Assembly (NCBI GenBank): GCA_046542505.1
Contig: JBKHBH010000007.1
Coordinates: forward strand, 1-49,309
DNA: 49,309 nt
Source of the DNA: Thermovirgaceae bacterium
GTDB taxonomy: Bacteria > Synergistota > Synergistia > Synergistales > Thermovirgaceae
Direction of reading: 5' to 3'
In this document: positions 46,191-49,309 of the stretch, piece after piece
How the letters are laid out: the number at the start of each line of letters is the position of its first letter
Numbering within the stretch: position 1 is the stretch's first letter
Notes under the pieces: model-generated
The model's database searches: none
The model's input: the letters and a program-made list of their open reading frames with translations, nothing else
Told to the model about the DNA's origin: nothing
Program-made: the position numbers and the translations under genes

Positions 46191-47711
46191 TTGCCGAGAA
46201 AGAGAAGCCCCGTCAAGGTTCTCCATGTCACTCCCGAAATGGCCCCGCTCTCGAAGGTCGGCGGCCTCGGTGATGTCGCTGGCTCCCTGCCCAAAGCCCT
46301 TCGCAGGCAGGGGTTTGATGTTCGAGTCCTGACCCCGGCCTGGCCTGGTGTCATCGAAAAAGCAGCCGGAAAAGGTCTGACACCGCAGGTGGAAATCCCG
46401 CTTTTCCCCCTTTCTCTCCGTTGGAGGACTTTCGAGGCGAGGCTCTGGAGCACCACCTTGTCGGGCGTTCCGGTTTACCTTCTGGAGCAGGACGAACTTT
46501 TCTCCGACCCCGGAATCTATCCCTCACTTCTTGATGCCGACCGGGTCCTCCCCTTCGCCGCCCTGGCCCTTGCGGTTTTGGAATTCCCCCAGCAAACGGG
46601 CTGGACACCGGAAATCGCTCATGTTCATGACTGGGCGTCGGCTCTGGTCCCGGCCTTTTTCCGCTGGCACAGGCACTGGAGCGAAAGACCCGCAAACATT
46701 TCAACCATTCTGACTATTCATAATTTGGCGCACCAGGGTATCGTCGACGCCGGGGTGATCGAGGAATGGCATCTCAAGCCCGAGGCTTTAGGAATAGACG
46801 GACTCGAGTTTTATGGAAAAGCGAATTGTCTCAAGGGAGGGATCGTGGCCTCCGATGTGATAACCACCGTCAGCCCTTCATACTCAAGAGAAATCATGAC
46901 GCCTGAATTCGGAGCGGGGCTCGACGGACTCCTGACATCGGTACGCGGAAAAGTTTCCGGCATTCTGAACGGCATCGACCCCGAAGAATGGAATCCCGTG
47001 AACGACCCATACCTGCCTGTTCCCTTCGACGTACATGACACGGAGGGAAAGCGGGACAGCAAAAGGGCCCTGCTTTCCCGTTTCGACTGGATGGACGACG
47101 GCCGACCCGTCTTCTCCTTCGTAGGGCGTCTCTTCCACCAGAAGGGAATCGACCTCCTGCTCGGGGCACTGCCGGACCTTGTGAAGCATCGTGTTCGCCT
47201 CATTATCATCGGTACCGGCGAAAAGGAATACGAGAACCGCCTTGCCGAAGCGGCCGGGCGGTACAAAAAAACCTTGGGGCTCCGTCTTGCCTACGACGAA
47301 GAACTGGCGCGCCTTGCCTACGGCGGTTCGGACATGTTTCTCATGCCCTCGGCCTTCGAACCCTGCGGTCTGTCACAGCTTATAGCCCTCCGTTACGGTA
47401 CTGTACCCGTCGTCCGGGCCACGGGGGGGCTCTTTGACACCATCGTTGACGTTGACGAAAACAACGAAGGGTACGGGTTCGCCTTCAGGGAGTTTTCCGT
47501 CCGGGCCTTGCTGGAAGCTATAAACAGGGCCATCAGCGCCTACAGGGACACCTCCCGGTGGCAGGAGATCACCAGACGGGCAATGGCTCAGGACTTTTCC
47601 TGGACGCGTTCGGCCCAAAGCTATGGAAAACTCTACAAGTCATTGCGGCATGGGAAATTTTCATCACCGGAAAAACGCAGAACAGAAAAGGGAAGGTGGG
47701 ATCATCCATGA
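46191..47711 (+). CDS. glgA: glycogen synthase
   Basis: KVGGLGDV, HVHDW, TIHNL, EPCGLSQL; TTG start after GGAGGAGG. Confidence 0.94.
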   Translation: MPRKRSPVKVLHVTPEMAPLSKVGGLGDVAGSLPKALRRQGFDVRVLTPAWPGVIEKAAGKGLTPQVEIPLFPLSLRWRTFEARLWSTTLSGVPVYLLEQDELFSDPGIYPSLLDADRVLPFAALALAVLEFPQQTGWTPEIAHVHDWASALVPAFFRWHRHWSERPANISTILTIHNLAHQGIVDAGVIEEWHLKPEALGIDGLEFYGKANCLKGGIVASDVITTVSPSYSREIMTPEFGAGLDGLLTSVRGKVSGILNGIDPEEWNPVNDPYLPVPFDVHDTEGKRDSKRALLSRFDWMDDGRPVFSFVGRLFHQKGIDLLLGALPDLVKHRVRLIIIGTGEKEYENRLAEAAGRYKKTLGLRLAYDEELARLAYGGSDMFLMPSAFEPCGLSQLIALRYGTVPVVRATGGLFDTIVDVDENNEGYGFAFREFSVRALLEAINRAISAYRDTSRWQEITRRAMAQDFSWTRSAQSYGKLYKSLRHGKFSSPEKRRTEKGRWDHP

Positions 47712-48988
47712 TACACGGCAAATACGGCAGAACCCTCGCGCTTGTCCTTGCAGGAGGCAAGGGAGAACGGCTTATGCCCCTGACAAAATACCGTGCCAAG
47801 CCGGCCGTCCCCTTTGCCGCCAAATACCGCATCATCGATTTTGCCCTGTCTAACCTCGTCAACAGTGGGCTTTTCTCCATTTACGTCCTGGTCCAGTTCA
47901 AAAGCCAGTCCCTGAACGAGCACATCGAACGGGGCTGGCAGTTCGGGGACGCCATGCGCGACCGGGATTTTTTTGTCACCCTCGCACCTGCCCAGATGTG
48001 GAGCGGAGAACACTGGTACCAGGGCACCTGTGATGCCGTTTTCCAGAACCTCCACCTCGTCACCCTTTTTGATGCGGATCGTATCTGCATCTTCGCCGCC
48101 GATCATATTTACAAGATGGATGTGGAACAAATGCTCGCCTTCCATGTTGAAAATGGAGCCGATGCGACGGTAGCGGCCAATGTGGTCCCGAAAGCCGAGG
48201 CTTCCCAGTTCGGTTGCATCCATACCGATGAAAAGGGCCGGATCATTGGTTTCGTGGAAAAACCCTCAGACCCGCCGGAGATCCCCGGGAAACCTGGATA
48301 TTGCTACGTCTCGATGGGAAACTACATCTTCGAGAGAGAAACCCTGGAAGAGATTGTCATCGAAGATGCCAGGGACCCTTCGAGCAACCACGACTTCGGG
48401 AAAAATGTTCTTCCCGCGCTGCACAACAAATGCAAGGTTCTCGCCTATGACTTCTCGACCAACAAGCTCCCCGGCAAGGACCGCCCCTACTGGAAAGACG
48501 TGGGGACCATCAAGGCCTACTGGGAGGCCCACATGGACCTCTGCCACCCGGATTCCGACATGACCCTCTTCAATCCGAAGTGGCGCATAAGGACCGTGTC
48601 CTTCGCCGATCCGCCCGCCTATTCCTATCCCTCCGGCGGCCAGCAATGTTCCGTGATCGGGACACTTCGGGCGGAAGGAAGCCGAGTCCTGGGTGCCGTC
48701 GTCCACAGGTCGATTCTTGCCCGCAGCACGCTGATCAATCCGGGCGCAGTGCTCGAGGAGTGCATCATCGGCCAGGGAGTGACCATCGGGGAAAACTGCA
48801 AGCTCCGACGTGTCATCGTCGATGCTCACAACGAAATCCCCCCTGACACGGTCATTGGTTATGATCTCGAGGAAGACCGCAAAAAATACTACGTTGATGA
48901 GGCCTCGGGCATCGTCGTCATAGGCATGCCCGCGATGCAGCTGCGGAAAGACATTGAAGTTCCGCTTCCACCACTCATTGAACGCTAG
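47708..48988 (+). CDS. glgC: glucose-1-phosphate adenylyltransferase
   Basis: LAGGKGERL, RAKPAVPF, FVEKP, YWKDVGT; ATGA overlap with glgA. Confidence 0.95.
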   Translation: MIHGKYGRTLALVLAGGKGERLMPLTKYRAKPAVPFAAKYRIIDFALSNLVNSGLFSIYVLVQFKSQSLNEHIERGWQFGDAMRDRDFFVTLAPAQMWSGEHWYQGTCDAVFQNLHLVTLFDADRICIFAADHIYKMDVEQMLAFHVENGADATVAANVVPKAEASQFGCIHTDEKGRIIGFVEKPSDPPEIPGKPGYCYVSMGNYIFERETLEEIVIEDARDPSSNHDFGKNVLPALHNKCKVLAYDFSTNKLPGKDRPYWKDVGTIKAYWEAHMDLCHPDSDMTLFNPKWRIRTVSFADPPAYSYPSGGQQCSVIGTLRAEGSRVLGAVVHRSILARSTLINPGAVLEECIIGQGVTIGENCKLRRVIVDAHNEIPPDTVIGYDLEEDRKKYYVDEASGIVVIGMPAMQLRKDIEVPLPPLIER

Positions 48989-49253
48989 TCTTTCTGAAAC
49001 CTCGTGTTTGACAAGGAACACAAATACTATATATTGGTACCAGTATTTCAGAAATAAGGCGGTCCGGATGACTTTCGTCCTGCTGCAACAAATTTCGGGA
49101 TACCTGTGCATGAACAATCAGGACACGATATAATCGCAACCGGTTTTTTCTCTTAACAGCCTGTTCCAGGCAAACAAATGGTTACGTCCTTTTTTAAACC
49201 CGTAGAGCCACCGGAGGGACCCCTTTCACCGGTGACAGCCTGAGGTGATACGT

Positions 49254-49309
49254 ATGAAGAACATTATCCAGATATCTGAAGCGGCTTCCCTTGCCCTTCA
49301 TGGCACGGG
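49254..49309 (+). CDS. 5' end of a probable Rrf2-family transcription regulator (truncated by the window edge)
   Basis: GAGGTGAT RBS; MKNIIQISEAASLALHGT resembles Rrf2 N-termini; only 18 codons visible. Confidence 0.55.
   Translation, partial: MKNIIQISEAASLALHGT

Noticed and set aside
1..49309. CRISPR arrays, IS elements, prophage, tRNA/rRNA genes
   Set aside because: No spaced direct repeats, transposase/integrase motifs or recognisable structural RNA genes seen on reading; weak signals could be missed without tools

Overview
Gene-dense, moderately GC-rich chromosomal window from an anaerobic amino-acid fermenter, most likely Synergistota (inferred from gene content, especially a HydABCSL-type NiFe hydrogenase). 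No mobile elements, CRISPR arrays, tRNA or rRNA genes were seen. Housekeeping and metabolic blocks: fused L-serine dehydratase and a proline racemase-family gene; EtfB-EtfA-FAD-dependent 2-hydroxyacid dehydrogenase; Na+/solute symporter; dnaK-dnaJ(class II)-clpB without grpE; CoA-transferase and class III aminotransferase; CDF exporter; probable electron-bifurcating NiFe hydrogenase operon; Hsp20; glycogen cluster malQ-glgP-glgA-glgC. The strongest signals are mostly missing from the ORF track: (1) a 59-aa acidic mini-protein ending in C-x-x-UGA with a SECIS-like hairpin (7396-7575, -); (2) a signal-peptide-bearing HesB/CC-Se-like protein interrupted by one in-frame UGA with a SECIS-like hairpin (29470-29832, -); (3) a Tyr-rich leader peptide plus terminator, resembling a ribosome-mediated attenuator, ahead of the symporter and its 34-aa accessory gene (12664-13031); (4) a ProRS paralogue that has lost its catalytic motifs but kept its editing and anticodon-binding domains; (5) CtsR-type heptad repeats at both the dnaK and hsp20 promoters. 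All calls come from reading the sequence; no database searches were run.
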